DNA of 64,000 nucleotides from the human T2T-CHM13v2.0 reference genome, Homo sapiens. The translations under genes and the position numbers were made by a program. The notes beneath the pieces are model-generated. The model did not search any database, was not told where the DNA came from, and worked only from the letters and a program-made list of their open reading frames with translations. Of the stretch, positions 12,617-25,820 are shown one piece after another. The stretch's first letter is position 1. Every line of letters begins with the position of its first letter. The stretch is taken from the NCBI RefSeq assembly GCF_009914755.1, contig NC_060928.1, one strand, 5' to 3'.

Positions 12617-15600
12617 TATTTTTCTATAACATAACTTCACACTGCACTTATTTCACTTCATGGAAGAAATTAAATCATCATCAACTCAAAGTAAACTTTA
12701 CTCCCCTCAGTGGCACGTCCCTCAGTAAATTCAGAGTCTTGAGTTCAGTCTACCCTGGTCTCCAAGTTTATATCCATAGAGCAATATGAAGTCTTCTTGT
12801 CCAAATCACATCATGCCACCATTTTAATCCACTGCTTTTACCCTATAATAGGCAAGAATTCAAAAATCCTGACAACATGAGTCATGCCCTCTCTCTTGGC
12901 TTCTCCTATAAAGTTAAGCACAGGTATCCTCTAGTTTCAGATCTCTCAAACCTTATTTAAGATCATTCATCAGCATCTTACGATATTATTTCTAACTAAA
13001 CATCTCATTATTTCATCCAGGGATTTTACCTCTCCCAAGGCAAGGGAGAAACATCCAGCTTAGTAAACAATCTTCTAAATCTCCAAGGTACCCATAAGGA
13101 CTAGAAACCTGGGCAACTCATGAATAATATTATCAAAGACATTTTCAATTTGTAAATATATCGTTAGTATTACCTTTGTTTCCAGACATGTGGGTATGCA
13201 TGACAAGACTTCAGCTTTTGAAGTTCAAAAGTCAAGAATCAACCTTCTTTTATATACTGGGGTCTGTCAAGCTACCAAAGTGAAATAATCTAGCCTTCTG
13301 GGTTGAGGTGAGGTGGGTGGGGGGGCATGGGAGAACACATAGGTTAATACTTCTCACTATTATTCTAGTATCCACAATCAATATTTATCTGTGTTCTTGA
13401 GAAATGGCCAGCAAACCACTTTCAAAATATTACTTTTTTATTGAACACATAGGACAGAAGAAGTGAATTAAGTCTAGATGTTGACAAGAAATCTATAGAT
13501 ATTTAATTTTAGTTCTTGCTCTAATTCTATAGTTAGTCTGTTTTAAATATGACATGGGTGCTTTTGTTTCTTTGGTGGCTAGAACAGCGCCTGCCACCTA
13601 ATACATGTTCAATAAATATTTGATAAAGAAATAAATAGTAGGACTGCCATTGTTGGGCCCTGTTAGACAGGCAGGGTCCCCTTGGCAGAGACAAATCTAA
13701 AGGCTATTTGCAGACATGATCTAGGTAAGCATAGCTGTAGAGCTGCCCAGATTTATATTCCAAAGAGCCAAGATCATGGCTAAGAAAACGATGGCAGTAG
13801 TTAGAAGAGTGAGATGGCAATAAAAATTTGAGACTGACCACAAGGCAAAACACAACACAATTTGGTTCAAAACTAGGACTGTAAGTGTTAAGTACAAGTA
13901 TCTCATTTTTTTGCATGTTGAGGGCAGCTTAAAGGATCCATGTCAGACCTGACCTGTTCTGTGTTTTCTGGAACTCTGTGTGCTATTTTTTTATTCTCTA
14001 CTAATCTATGATTCTCTCAGATTTACCACATCCTTTCTGCTATGTCCCTGTAGCTCATCTGTCATTGAAGAATAATGAAGGAACATTTGAATGAATCTCC
14101 TATAATTTCTCATAAATGCAGTAGTATCTGGAGCAAATGGAAAGAAATTAGTTAAGAAATGAAAAGTATGGCATTTTTGAATTCTTTGACTCTTCAATTC
14201 TCAGTCAAGTGATAGCATATTCAATCTTTTTTTTCTTTCTCCTGTAGTTAAGTGGTAAAAGCCATCTTCCTTCCATATGTCAATTGTTATATGTGAAAAT
14301 ACTACTGGGAAAGGTGATCTTTGAAGTTAGAAAAGTTTGTTTGCTTTTTATGCTAATATTGGTTAAATATACCCTTCTCTGTTTTGTTTATTATTTTATT
14401 AAGAATTGACTTAGAGAACTTCACTTTCATTGACGTTTCACAAGCCTTGTCTCAGTCTATGAGTTGCATTCAATAACTTAAAATCATTCTGGTCTTTTTA
14501 CTAAGGCTCACAAAATTTATAATATAGGTCCCTACTCTCATTTCCTTGTCAACTCCTCTGTATTTAAATATGAAGATATTTTGACTTTAATACAGCAAGA
14601 CCAACGTGGTCTGATCTAATATATACTATCTCTATTATGAAATACTCAGGAATTTATTTTGTGAAACAATCTTTTTTTCTTAAACTTGCATTTGTATTAA
14701 ATACATTTCTTTCTTTTGTTTCATGCAAACTGAATGATTCTCTGCTAAAATATACGTTAAAATCCTATTCAAAATACATGAGTTTTTAGAAGTTTTAGTT
14801 ACAGTTACTATAAATCAGAACATGTATAGATTTAACCTATTCCAAATCTGCCTCTCTTTTCAGAAAATACATGAAATATAATGGGAAGGGTTTTCTACTC
14901 AAGTAAGAAGGTAGTCAACTTCAAGGAAAAGTGGGAAAGATAATCTCTAAATTTGCCAAGGGAATAACTTTTAAAAGTGCAAAAAAAAGATATGTTTAGT
15001 GGTATTCTTGGAGAATTATCAGGCACATTTTTATTGTGATTTAAGAAGTGACCTTTTTATAACTTGAAATTAGTTTATCAAGTAAACTTTCAAGTGAATA
15101 TATTTAAATTAAAAACTAAACACACACATACACACTCACAGACAGAGACACACACATGCACAAATCAAAAATGAGTTCATTCTTCATCTCCTGTAGGTGT
15201 TGATGTAGACTGTGGTTGCAAAATCCAGTTATAAGAAGACTGCTGAACTTTATCGATATAGACACTATTCTAATGCTACCAGTACTCACAGAAACATTCT
15301 GTTGTATTAGCTGTTATGATTCTAATCAAATTCTATACTTCTGTGTAATTCCATGTGGTCAAAAATTTGCGTATTTATGCTAGAATACAGTAATAAATTT
15401 CTTTCTAGAGCTTTGTTTCTGCCTATGGTACTTTATTTTTGTTTTATTCTCTTTGTATTATAGAGAAATGTTTGGATTTGAATGAGGGAGTGATTTGCAT
15501 TTTAGCTTCTGAATTCTTCATTACTGTGTTTGTTATGATCCTGATTTTCATACTTTCCATGTCTGTTTTCTGGTTTAAAAAACTCACATCTGTTTTTGGC

Positions 15601-16866
15601 TCTGGCTTTTTGTCCTTCTTGATTAATTTAATTTTAACAATATCTGTGATTTCTCTTCTATCAGTAAATGGGCCTTGTCATTTTTCAGAGAGCCTCTTGT
15701 TTGATTCTGACCTTTGGTACTTGATATAGTTGAAGTATTTTTCATAATATTTTCTATGGGCTATTTACTCATTATTCAGCTTTTGCTTTTTTCATGATCT
15801 TTATGTCAACTTCATTCTAATTAATGAATATTAATCTAATCTAATATTTTTCATTTTACTTTGTACTAGATTTTTTCATATGTCCTCACTTGTTTATTTT
15901 ATTTAAAAATAAATGTAAAAAATACTATTTTTGAATATAGTAACAAATGCAAGTAGCAAAATATGCATACACATGAGAAATGTGTTTTTTGCTCAGCTTA
16001 TCTGTCTATTATAAAAAGAACACAAAAATATTAGAGATAGCAATGGAAGGGTAGGGTATGGCCATGAGTTGGGGATAGAGCAAGAAGCAGTATTTGTTTT
16101 TAATATTTTATTGTAAGTCTAGAGATTTTCTTTGATATTCCTTTTTCATCTTTATTCAGATTGGTTTCATTTTTATCAAAAGTAAAAGTGGAACAGATAA
16201 TGACTAAGAGTTGAAGATTCTAAAAGAACACAAATCTGGAGAATGTGTGTCCCTTCTGAAGTAGAGAGCTGATTGCCGGGATTCCTGGGTGACAGACCCC
16301 TAAGCCAGGGCAGGCATAGTGCCGTGGCTGGAATAAAGGGACAAATAAAGGGTCAAGACAGACAGAAAGGGTTCATGTCTCCATGGAGCCTGGCTGTGTG
16401 CAAGACAATCAGAGAAGAGATCTTCATCTGATTTTTCATGGAGTCCCTTGTGCTACCTCATAGTAGGAGGCAAAAAAAATTTTTTTTCTTTAAATCCCTA
16501 AACAGAGAAGAAAAATTCACTGAGAGATAAAACTCCTTTAATGATAAATGAATTGACAATATTTCCGGAATTAATCTTCTTAATATTCTTAAAGTTAGGT
16601 TCCAGCATTATTTTTGGAAACTGCCAATGTGTTTTTCAACAAAATATTTTATTGATCTGTTGTGTATCAGACATTGTGATAGGAGTTTGCGAGGGTCTGC
16701 CATACTGTAATAAACCGTACAGGTAGATCCATGCTAAGAATTAAGAGAAAGAGAGGTAAGGCAGTGTTGCTATGCTCCTTGAAACCACAGTTTCTCCTGA
16801 AACATCAACAGAGTGCCTAAGACATAAAAGGTGACAAACAACTAATTATTAAATTAGTAAATTGCT

Positions 16867-17797
16867 GCAGTTAAAATGGGTTTTATCCAAAAGACAGGGA
16901 ATAACAAATGCTGGCAAGGAGGTGGACAAAAGGAAACCCTTGTACACTGTTGGTGGGAATGTAAATTAGTACAACCACTTCGGAGAACAGTTTGGAGGTT
17001 CCTCAAAAAATTAAAACTAGAGCTACTATATGATCCAGCAATGCCACTGTTAAGTATATATCCAAAAGGAAGAAAATCAGTATATAGAAGAGATATCTGC
17101 AGTCTCATGTTTATTGCAACACTGTTCACAATAGTTAAGATATAGAATCACTCTAAGTGTCCATCAGCAGATCAATGACTAAAATGTGTTATATATAAAT
17201 ATATATATTCAAAATATATTGATGATGTGATAAATTATGTGTGTATACACACATACAAACACACACACACAATGGAGTACTATTCAGCCATAAAATGAAT
17301 GAAATTCTGTCATTTGCAACAACATGGAGGGCAGTAAAGGACATTATATTAAATGAAATAAGTCAGGTACAGAAAGACAAATTTTGCAGGTTCTCCCTCC
17401 TAAGTGGGAGCTTAAAAATAATTGAACTCTTAGAGATAGAAAGTAGAACAATAGTCACCAGAGGCTAGGAAGGATAGTGGGGAAGAGGGGATAAAGAGGG
17501 GACGGTTAATGAGTATAAAAATACAGTTAGATAGAAGGAACAAGATCTAGTAGTCAATAGCACAATAGGGTAATTATAGTTAACAATAATTTATTGTATA
17601 TTTCCAAATAACTAAAACAGTGGAATTGGAATGTCCCTAATACAAAAAAAAAAAAAATGCTTGAGGTGATGAATATCCCAATTACCTTGATTTGATCATT
17701 ACACATTGTATGTTTGCATCAAAGTTTGACATGTACCCCATAAATACACACAATTATATTGCAACCATAAAAATTAAAAATAAAAGAATTTAAAAAT
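16867..17797 (+). mobile_element. L1MA (L1MA2/3-like) 3' fragment: ORF2 C-terminus and 3'UTR
   Basis: ORF 16876-17145 ([31 protein letters not shown]) is the ORF2p Cys-rich C-terminus; L1MA 3'UTR ttagatagaaggaacaag...catgtaccccataaa; A-rich tail. Confidence 0.92.
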
Positions 17798-18119
17798 ACA
17801 TAAATTAATCATTGCATATTTTATCAGAAAACATTATTTAGAGGATCTGTCTCTTTCTGTCTGTTTCCTAACTTATTTTTGGGAAGTTTAACAGTGTTTC
17901 CTAGTGCCCTTAAGGCCTCAGAATTTTTCCCTCTGGCTTCTGTTGAGTAAGAGTTTACCGTGTGCCTGATTGGGATACTTGTAAGGTCTAGATATGGAAG
18001 AGCCTCCTCAGGTGAGTGTACAGCCCTCTTTGCCTTAGGTTTGAAGGCTTTCTGGATTTGTAGTTTTATACTCCCTTAAATCATTTTTTTAGAGTATGTA
18101 GTTTAACTTTACATTTTAT

Positions 18120-18850
18120 TCTTATTTATTCATTTTAAGTTTATTGAATAAATATTTATTTGGTACTACCTACGAGCCAGACTCTGCAAGATTCTGGGGA
18201 AACAACAATGAGAATAACACCAACATTGTCCCTTGCTGCATGCCAGGGAACTTACAAGCTAGTCAAGGAGAAGATGTGATTCAAATGAATGAAGGAGACC
18301 TTGAATCAGGAGTGTTCTTATTTTCCTCACGTTATATTCTCAGTGCATAGGAGGGTATTGAGCAGCCAAATAATTGCTATAAGTCCATGTTTACCGAATG
18401 AAAAAAGGAATAGGATAGAATTTTGTTAGAACACGTTAAAAAAGAAAGAAGAGGAAGAACAGGAGGAAGAAAAAGAAAGAAGAGGAACGGAAGAAGGAAG
18501 GAGAAGAAAACCACTTGACCTAGGAGGTTTTTGTTGTGTTTTGTTTGTTTTTCCTGATGATTTGCAAAAGACTTTCTTGAGCAAGTGACACTTGAGCTGA
18601 GATCTGAAAGACTGACAGGAGATGGTACAGGTAGAGAAAAAGAGTACTCCAAACAGAGGGAGTAGTATGTTCAAGGGCCCTGTGGCTGGAAAGGGCCTCC
18701 AACTGAATGGTGGTTGCTATGGTGAGGCTGCAGGGGGTTGGGTGAAAAGGTGCTTAATGTGGCTATAGAGATTGCCAGGGCCAGGTCATGTCAGACCTTA
18801 CTGGCTGTACATTGGAATTTTGTTTGTATCCTGAAAGCAATGAGAACAAT
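18120..18850 (-). mobile_element. L2 fragments with purine-rich interruption
   Basis: ttgaataaatatttatt...tacgagccag; gtgacacttgagctgagatctgaa; ccaaacagagggagtagtatgttcaagggccctg. Confidence 0.65.
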
Positions 18851-19659
18851 AAAAGACTCTATTTCCTTTAACAATTTAACAATCTGGTTGCCAGTTATTG
18901 GGTCTGGTATATTACTTACTTCATATTTACTAATTTAGTCATATTTACCAAAGAATGTGAGGACTATTATACAATTGTGAACCCTTCAAGCTAGAAAATT
19001 TTCTCAATTGTTAAATATTTGAAAACAGAGATTGTAATAAAAGTAAAAGACATTGTCATAAAGGCAAGTAAAAGATTGTCATAAAAGACAGTGAAATCTA
19101 AATCCTTTTACTATTAACATAATTTGCCTTTCAGATTACTTTAAACAGTATTTATGTAGCACCAAGCAGAAAAGCATAAGAAGCCTGATTATCTCTTTTC
19201 ACATATATTTTTAAATTACCATATATATTACACATAAAAGAACTTATCTACAATGATAGGTGTATGTGTTTCAAATGCTACAAATTTTAGAAGAGAATTG
19301 CATTTTTCAGGTCCCATCTCTTGCTTCAGCAACATTCCAATGGCCCCAGAGAAAACATGGTCAGTACTGCAGGTGACTGCTGCCTTCAGTTACAGTTCCC
19401 AAATCTGCAGTGACTTGGCCCGTCATGCACCAGCTGTGCTAGTGCCCTTGTCTGGCAAATATACCCAACTCCTGCTCTTCCCTCCAGGCAGTCCCTGTTG
19501 AATCAAAAGCCCCTCTATTACTTCATTCTTCAGCACGCTGGAAAGCCCCTATGTCCCACTCCTAAAGCAGTTAGAGCTGTGCATTCCTCTCTCTCTTCCT
19601 TGCTTTTCCTGCTAATCTATAGGCTCCTGGAGGGCAGAGATGCCCGGACCTCTGTCCTG

Positions 19660-19960
19660 TCATTTAACTCTGTGATTTGGAGCAAGTTTTAAAGCCTCTT
19701 TTAGCCTCTGTCTCATGGTCTGTAAAATAATAACAAAAAATACTTCTATAGAACATCTGTATGCCCGCAATTGTATCTGTTCCTCACAACATCCCTCTGA
19801 GGGAAGCACGGATATCACTTCCATTTCAGAGATGGAAAAATCTGACATACTGAGAGGTTATTTAATCTGCCCAAGGCTAGATAGCTAATAAGTGGTAGTT
19901 GAAAGCGTGGTAGTTGAAAGCATGGTAGCTGGCACCAAGTCTACACTATTAACTTCTCCG
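19660..19960. mobile_element. Two adjacent MIR fragments in opposite orientation
   Basis: ctgtgatttggagcaagtt...tctgtaaaata (+) then tcctcacaacatccct...catttcagagatggaaaaa...gcccaaggc (-). Confidence 0.6.
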
Positions 19961-19992
19961 CTGTGCAGGTATTACCTATCATATGGTCATAA

Positions 19993-20308
<316 letters not shown>

Positions 20309-21000
20309 TTTACTGGATTTTTATGACATTATTTTTGTGAAAAGTTTCACACGATGCCAGGCACAAAAATCAACTCTCAATAACAATTATTTATATTTAA
20401 TTTTCAATTAAATTTAATTTTTCCTATTTTCAGAAGAGACTAGTGAATTTATAAAAAGTTTTCTTCTGATCTGTGCCTTTTATTCCTTTTTTAGTATTTT
20501 AACCTTAATACAATTAAATAAATGAAAAGCTATATGCAGAATTATTGTGTTGTATTTTGTTTTGTTTTTCTTTAGAGCCTCACACTATTTCTATGACTGA
20601 AAACTACATTCTGTGTAAATGTAAGTTTCCTTTTGAATGCATTACAAGTGGAACTGACTTTTCCAATTACCTACTCAATTGACCTGGTACAAAGAAGGTT
20701 AAAGTTCCAACCTAATATATGATCATTAAACCTTTTCATGTAGCTTTTCAGACAAGGCAGTCTGGGAAAATTCAGAGACAACATCATTTTTGGTGCCAGA
20801 CTGATAAAGCATTTAGCATTTGTCAGTTTTAGGAGAAAGAGACATGTTGATATATTAATTAGACATAATCCCTCTCTTTGGACAAAATGGATTGGTTCTG
20901 TTTTTTTTTAAAGTCTGATAATTAAAGGTACATGTAAGCTCAGATAATCTAAAAAATCTTCTAAATAATACTAGAGCTTGGAAATATGTATCATATGTAT

Positions 21001-21024
<24 letters not shown>
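21001..21024. repeat. (AC)12 microsatellite
   Basis: Perfect AC run flanked by AT repeats. Confidence 0.95.
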
Positions 21025-21032
<8 letters not shown>

Positions 21033-22554
21033 TTGGGAAACACGCACTGACAATATTTTGCACCATCATATTGTTAATTTCATGACTGATAATTTCACCA
21101 AGGATGATTTCCAATGCCTAGTACCAGTAAAGGTAAATTAAGAAAAGAAGTTTTTGAAAAAAAACATCACTTACCTAGGAAACAACTTCTTAGCTGCCAC
21201 ATGCCTCTTCGACTTTGTAAACTTTTTTTTTTTTTTTTGCCGATTTCCGAAATGTTGCAAAAACAAACAGTGGTAAATCCAATAATTGTTCTCCAAGATT
21301 TGGGTCTTAGTTGAAATCAATCATGTAGGCCATTTATCTCCTCTTTTTCCTTCTCTCCCCCACCACCAGACTGGTGTGGGCTGGTGATATGAATGGCGTT
21401 TAGCCACATGTGTTTCAGTTTGGGGATCCTTAACCATAATTGATGAAAGACTGTTTTCTTTTCCTTTAAGACAGATAAACAGCATGCTTTAGGAACTGTG
21501 GATCACATCAGTTTATGTGAAAATAACTTTAAATTCCATATTTTAAATATTTTACAAGTTTTAAAACATTGAGTTTTATGCATAAGTATTCAGAGACAGC
21601 AAATGTCAGTATTTCATAGTTCAGAAAAAGACTGATCCATTTTTGTCAGTTTAGAGAATTAGCCATTGTAAACATAACGTAAATGCTTTATAGTATATTA
21701 TATTATTATGTAGGACTAAAATGCTTAGGAAACTTGCATTTCTGTTAACTTACACTTTGGTGTAAACCAAACTAGATTTGGTTTCTTAATGTATTTCCTG
21801 TGATACAAGTAAAAAAGAAATTTTTGTTTGTTTGTTTGTGTCCCTGGATTTTGCTACATAGTATCTGATTTCAGAATATATAGATGGTGGAAATTTAGGT
21901 TTAATTCCAGCAATTCAAAGTAGCTATTGTTAATACCTCTATCTCTCTGTTTGTCCCTCCTTCTCTCTTCATCTATCTGTCAGAGAAGAAAACTGAGGCA
22001 TAGAACATTTGGGAATGAATCTAAGACTACACATCTAGAATAGCAGAGGTACGTTAAAACCCAAATTTCCTATCTTTGATTAACACTCTGTTTTAATTGT
22101 AAAATAATTACATATTTATTTAATTATAATTAACTTAATAATTTCAACTCGTGAACAAGATACAGATTATAGCATTTCCTTGTATGTAAAGTCTTCATTT
22201 GAAACATATATTGGTGCCTTTGTCGGTTACATTAGGTAGCGACATTCACGTGGTAATTAGATGTAGTATTTAATTATATCACAGAATATATAATTATTTC
22301 TCTTCATTTTGAAGGGCAAAATCTCTCTTTCTGACTTTAGAAATAGGACTTGGAAACGAGGGGCAAAATACCTTGGGCTATTATCTTTGACTTTCATTAA
22401 ATTTTGCAGACCTCAGGATATTGTGTGCCAAGGTGCTATGAAATATTTTATTAAAAATAGTCACAGCATATGTTCGTGTTCATGTTAGCTTTGTATTCAT
22501 TGATTGGAATTATACAGTGCAAATACTTGGAGAAGCTGCATATGTGCTAAACTA

Positions 22555-22955
22555 GCTGTGAGTCATGAATCCTCCTAACTCTTGATCTCATCAGGACTTG
22601 TCTTATCAAAGTCAGTGGGAGTAGAGATTGTGAATCCCCTCCCACGTGCATTCAGACACGCAGGGCTAGCTTTCTTGGCGCTGCTGATGCCCAAGATAAG
22701 AGGTGATGGTGAAAGCTTGTGGCTATCATGTGCTTTCTGTGGAAAAACACTGTAATGTGTTACACCCAACATCCACTTCTAATGACGTCAAGATACACAG
22801 CTTTCTGTTAGAAGCAGGCTGTTACCAGTGCAGTTCAGATTTGGTCTAAAGACTTGATCACATTACATTCTTATTCTAATAAGAATATTTCAATTTTAAT
22901 ATTCTAATTCTTAGACTACTTAAAAAGAATCCTGAGACAACTCAAATGACTCAAG
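22555..22955. promoter_or_regulatory. Candidate enhancer (AP-1/CRE/E-box/GATA cluster)
   Basis: TGAGTCA 22559-22565, CACGTG 22643-22648, AGATAA 22694-22699, TGACGTCA 22783-22790, TGACTCA 22947-22953 in non-repeat DNA. Motif evidence only. Confidence 0.4.
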
Positions 22956-23714
22956 ACTATCTCTAATGTCCCAATGTTCCACATTTTCAGTTGGTTCAGT
23001 ATTAGGAATTGACACCCAGCCAGAAATGTTCAATGATTAGCTCTTTGTAAACTACACTGAAAGAGATCTTTAGCTTTACTGTACATGTTTACAATGTTTT
23101 CTTTTGCCAATTGGAGGAGACACTGGAGCTTAGGATAGACTCATGCACAGGGTTTATAGGATGTCAGACAAAATGATTTTTATTGAGGAAGGGTCAAGTT
23201 GTGTTTTTCGTTGTGTCACACTATACAATATGAGGGCCATGTTATAAAAATTCAGAGCTCCCACAAGAAGGCAAAGGCTAAAAATGGTGATTTAAGACTA
23301 CATTATCCTGTTTCTAATTCCTTTTCTTTCTTCCTGCGGAAATGTAATTGCAGAAGCTGGGAGAAGGGATTGGAGTGTGGGCTTCTATATCTGTCTTGAA
23401 GAGAGTCGTAAAGCCTGTTTTACGAGTCTCTCTCTAGCCTCGTTCTAGTTTTCCAAATTAAAGGAGACAATATGACAATCTCACCAAGCTCTGATCTTAC
23501 ATCTTAATTTGCAAACTCAGCAGCAATATCAGTACCTGGTTTAAGTGGCTCAGACAAAACAGTGTTGAAATGGACTTATCCTTAGAAATTCAGTAAAAGG
23601 TCCTCTGTACTAATGCGGAGCCATTTTTTTTTTTTTAAAAAAAGAAACTTACAAACATTACAAAATTTATTTTTATTTTTTATTTATTATTTCCTAAAAT
23701 TAACATGCTTAAAG

Positions 23715-23845
23715 TCAATTTCTTAGTTTTACAAATGTACTGTAGTAATGTAAGATGGTAACGATGGGAGGAACTTTGTGAAAGGAACTCTATGTACTCT
23801 ATTTACAACATTTCTGTAAATCTACAACTAGTCTGAAACAAATTG
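23715..23845 (+). mobile_element. Old L1M 3' end fragment
   Basis: acaaatgtactgtagtaatgtaagatg...ggaactctatgtac...caacatttctgtaaatcta. Confidence 0.7.
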
Positions 23846-25377
23846 ATGTACTATCAATAACTACATTGTTCTTGTCCAGATAAAATTATAATGGGATAGC
23901 CTAAAGACTGGGGTAAAATTTGAAGGTTTTTTTTTTGTTTTCTGCTTATGAATTAACAGAGTTTTCAGGGTGTTGTTGTTTTATCCGTTTTGGTGATTTC
24001 AAGAACTAAGGGCATTTTTGTTTCTTAGCATATGTCAGGCAAAAGGACTTTATGAACTTGTCTGAAGCATTTTCACCAACTGTTTGTTTATAGTCAAGCC
24101 AAATAACCCTTCACGTACTATGTGAAGTCCCCTTCACCTGCACCAACTTTGTCAGAGAACTGAGACTAAACCTTCACCAACAGTGTACCTTGAGTATAGC
24201 TTCAAAGGACCACCCACTTCTAGGGGTGAGAGGCTAAATCCGCCTCTCTGTCCGGCCCATTTTAAGCCTTAGGAAAACAAGGATTTCATTTAAACCTTCC
24301 CAAACCAGAGAGCATTTATTAACAGCTATGGTTCTAATATTTGGAACAAAGTCAAGATCAAACCTTAGTACTATCTCAGCAGAAGAAAGATTAGAATTAG
24401 TAGTTAATCTCACTGAAAATCCTTTCAGTGAGAAAAAAAATATGTGTGAGCTTTAACTACAATGATTCTCTGGCTAATGAGATGCCATTGATCATGTGGA
24501 GAGGAAAGTAATATCCTTTGACATATAAAACTGTATACAGTGGTTATGGAATCTAAATCTATTCCTTTGCTAGAGTGAAACATTACTAATGAAAACAAAA
24601 AAATGCATTAACCTGTAAAAAGAAACTAAATTTATTGACAAGAGTTTGCAAATCACAGTTAATTGAGTCTCAGATGAAACTTCAAATAAAGGAAATAATG
24701 TGGTAATTGGGCCCCTCATCTTATATAATATACTTGTTGGCATACATTATGGGTTTGCTATCTTTTAAGAGTATTAAATCATTGTACAAAAACATTGCCA
24801 AAAAGACTCTTCATTTCCTTTTAGTGACTTCTTACTGCCCTCAGTGGAAGTTTAATAGAAAAGGAAGGACATGATGTAGTTTTAATGACAGGAAACCCAT
24901 GGCCTTCCAAATGAATAAATTCCATCACTAGCTGCCACAAAGTGTGCTAATTATTTCCTTTGATAAATTAAAAGCTGTAAAAGTCCGAAGTATATAAGCA
25001 TGTGGTTTACAGTTATAATCAACCTGTCTGCATTATTGAAAGTTCATATTATCTTCACTATTTAATAAAGCATTAATTTTTTATTCCAACAAATTGTATA
25101 GAAAGCATGTACATAAAGCATTAAACTTTTGCTGATTTGACAGATGATTAAATAACTAAACTTTGTGTTTCTGACCTTTAAGATGCTAAAATCAAGTATT
25201 GATTTATTCCCCTAACACTAAACCTTGAAGATGAAGATGAAGATCATTATGAAATGATGAAACAAACCAAATCAAAAGCCAATCATGTCCAAAGTGTGTA
25301 GAGGAATTAGAATATTATACTTGATTTTTATTATTTTATTTTTAATATCAGCTAAATCACTTGGGAGTGAAATACAG

Positions 25378-25820
25378 CAATTCAATCATTCAACAAAATT
25401 TATGTGCCCCATGTGCTCTGTGTGAATTAATTTGTTAATTCCACAATCATTTATTTAACCTTTGCCATGTGTTCTGGGGGTACAATAGCAGTAAAAAATG
25501 GACTCCATCCTTGTCTTCATAGAGCTTGCAATATGGTGAGAGAGCCGTACATCTAGTGATTGTACAATCATCAACCTGGAAATGTGACAGGGAGGTTTAT
25601 GGCTTGATGAAAGCTTACTAACCATAGGAGCACTGTCCTACTCAGTCATAGACGTTCGGCTTCCCTGATAAAAGGCGGCTCAAATTGAAATATGAACGAT
25701 GAGCTAAAGAGAACAAGGAGAATTCCAGGCAGGGGTACAGGCATATGTGAAAGGCTTTGTGGTGAGCCTGAGAGAAGGTCCATGTGGCATCAGTACAGGA
25801 GGTGAAGTGAGTCAGAGCCC
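25378..25820 (-). mobile_element. L2 fragment
   Basis: caattcaatcattcaacaaaatttatg, ccttgtcttcatagagcttgcaat, attccaggcaggggtacaggcatatgtgaaagg. Confidence 0.65.

Noticed and set aside
19892-19930. 15-bp tandem duplication gtggtagttgaaagc
   Set aside because: Trivial slippage duplication inside a MIR.
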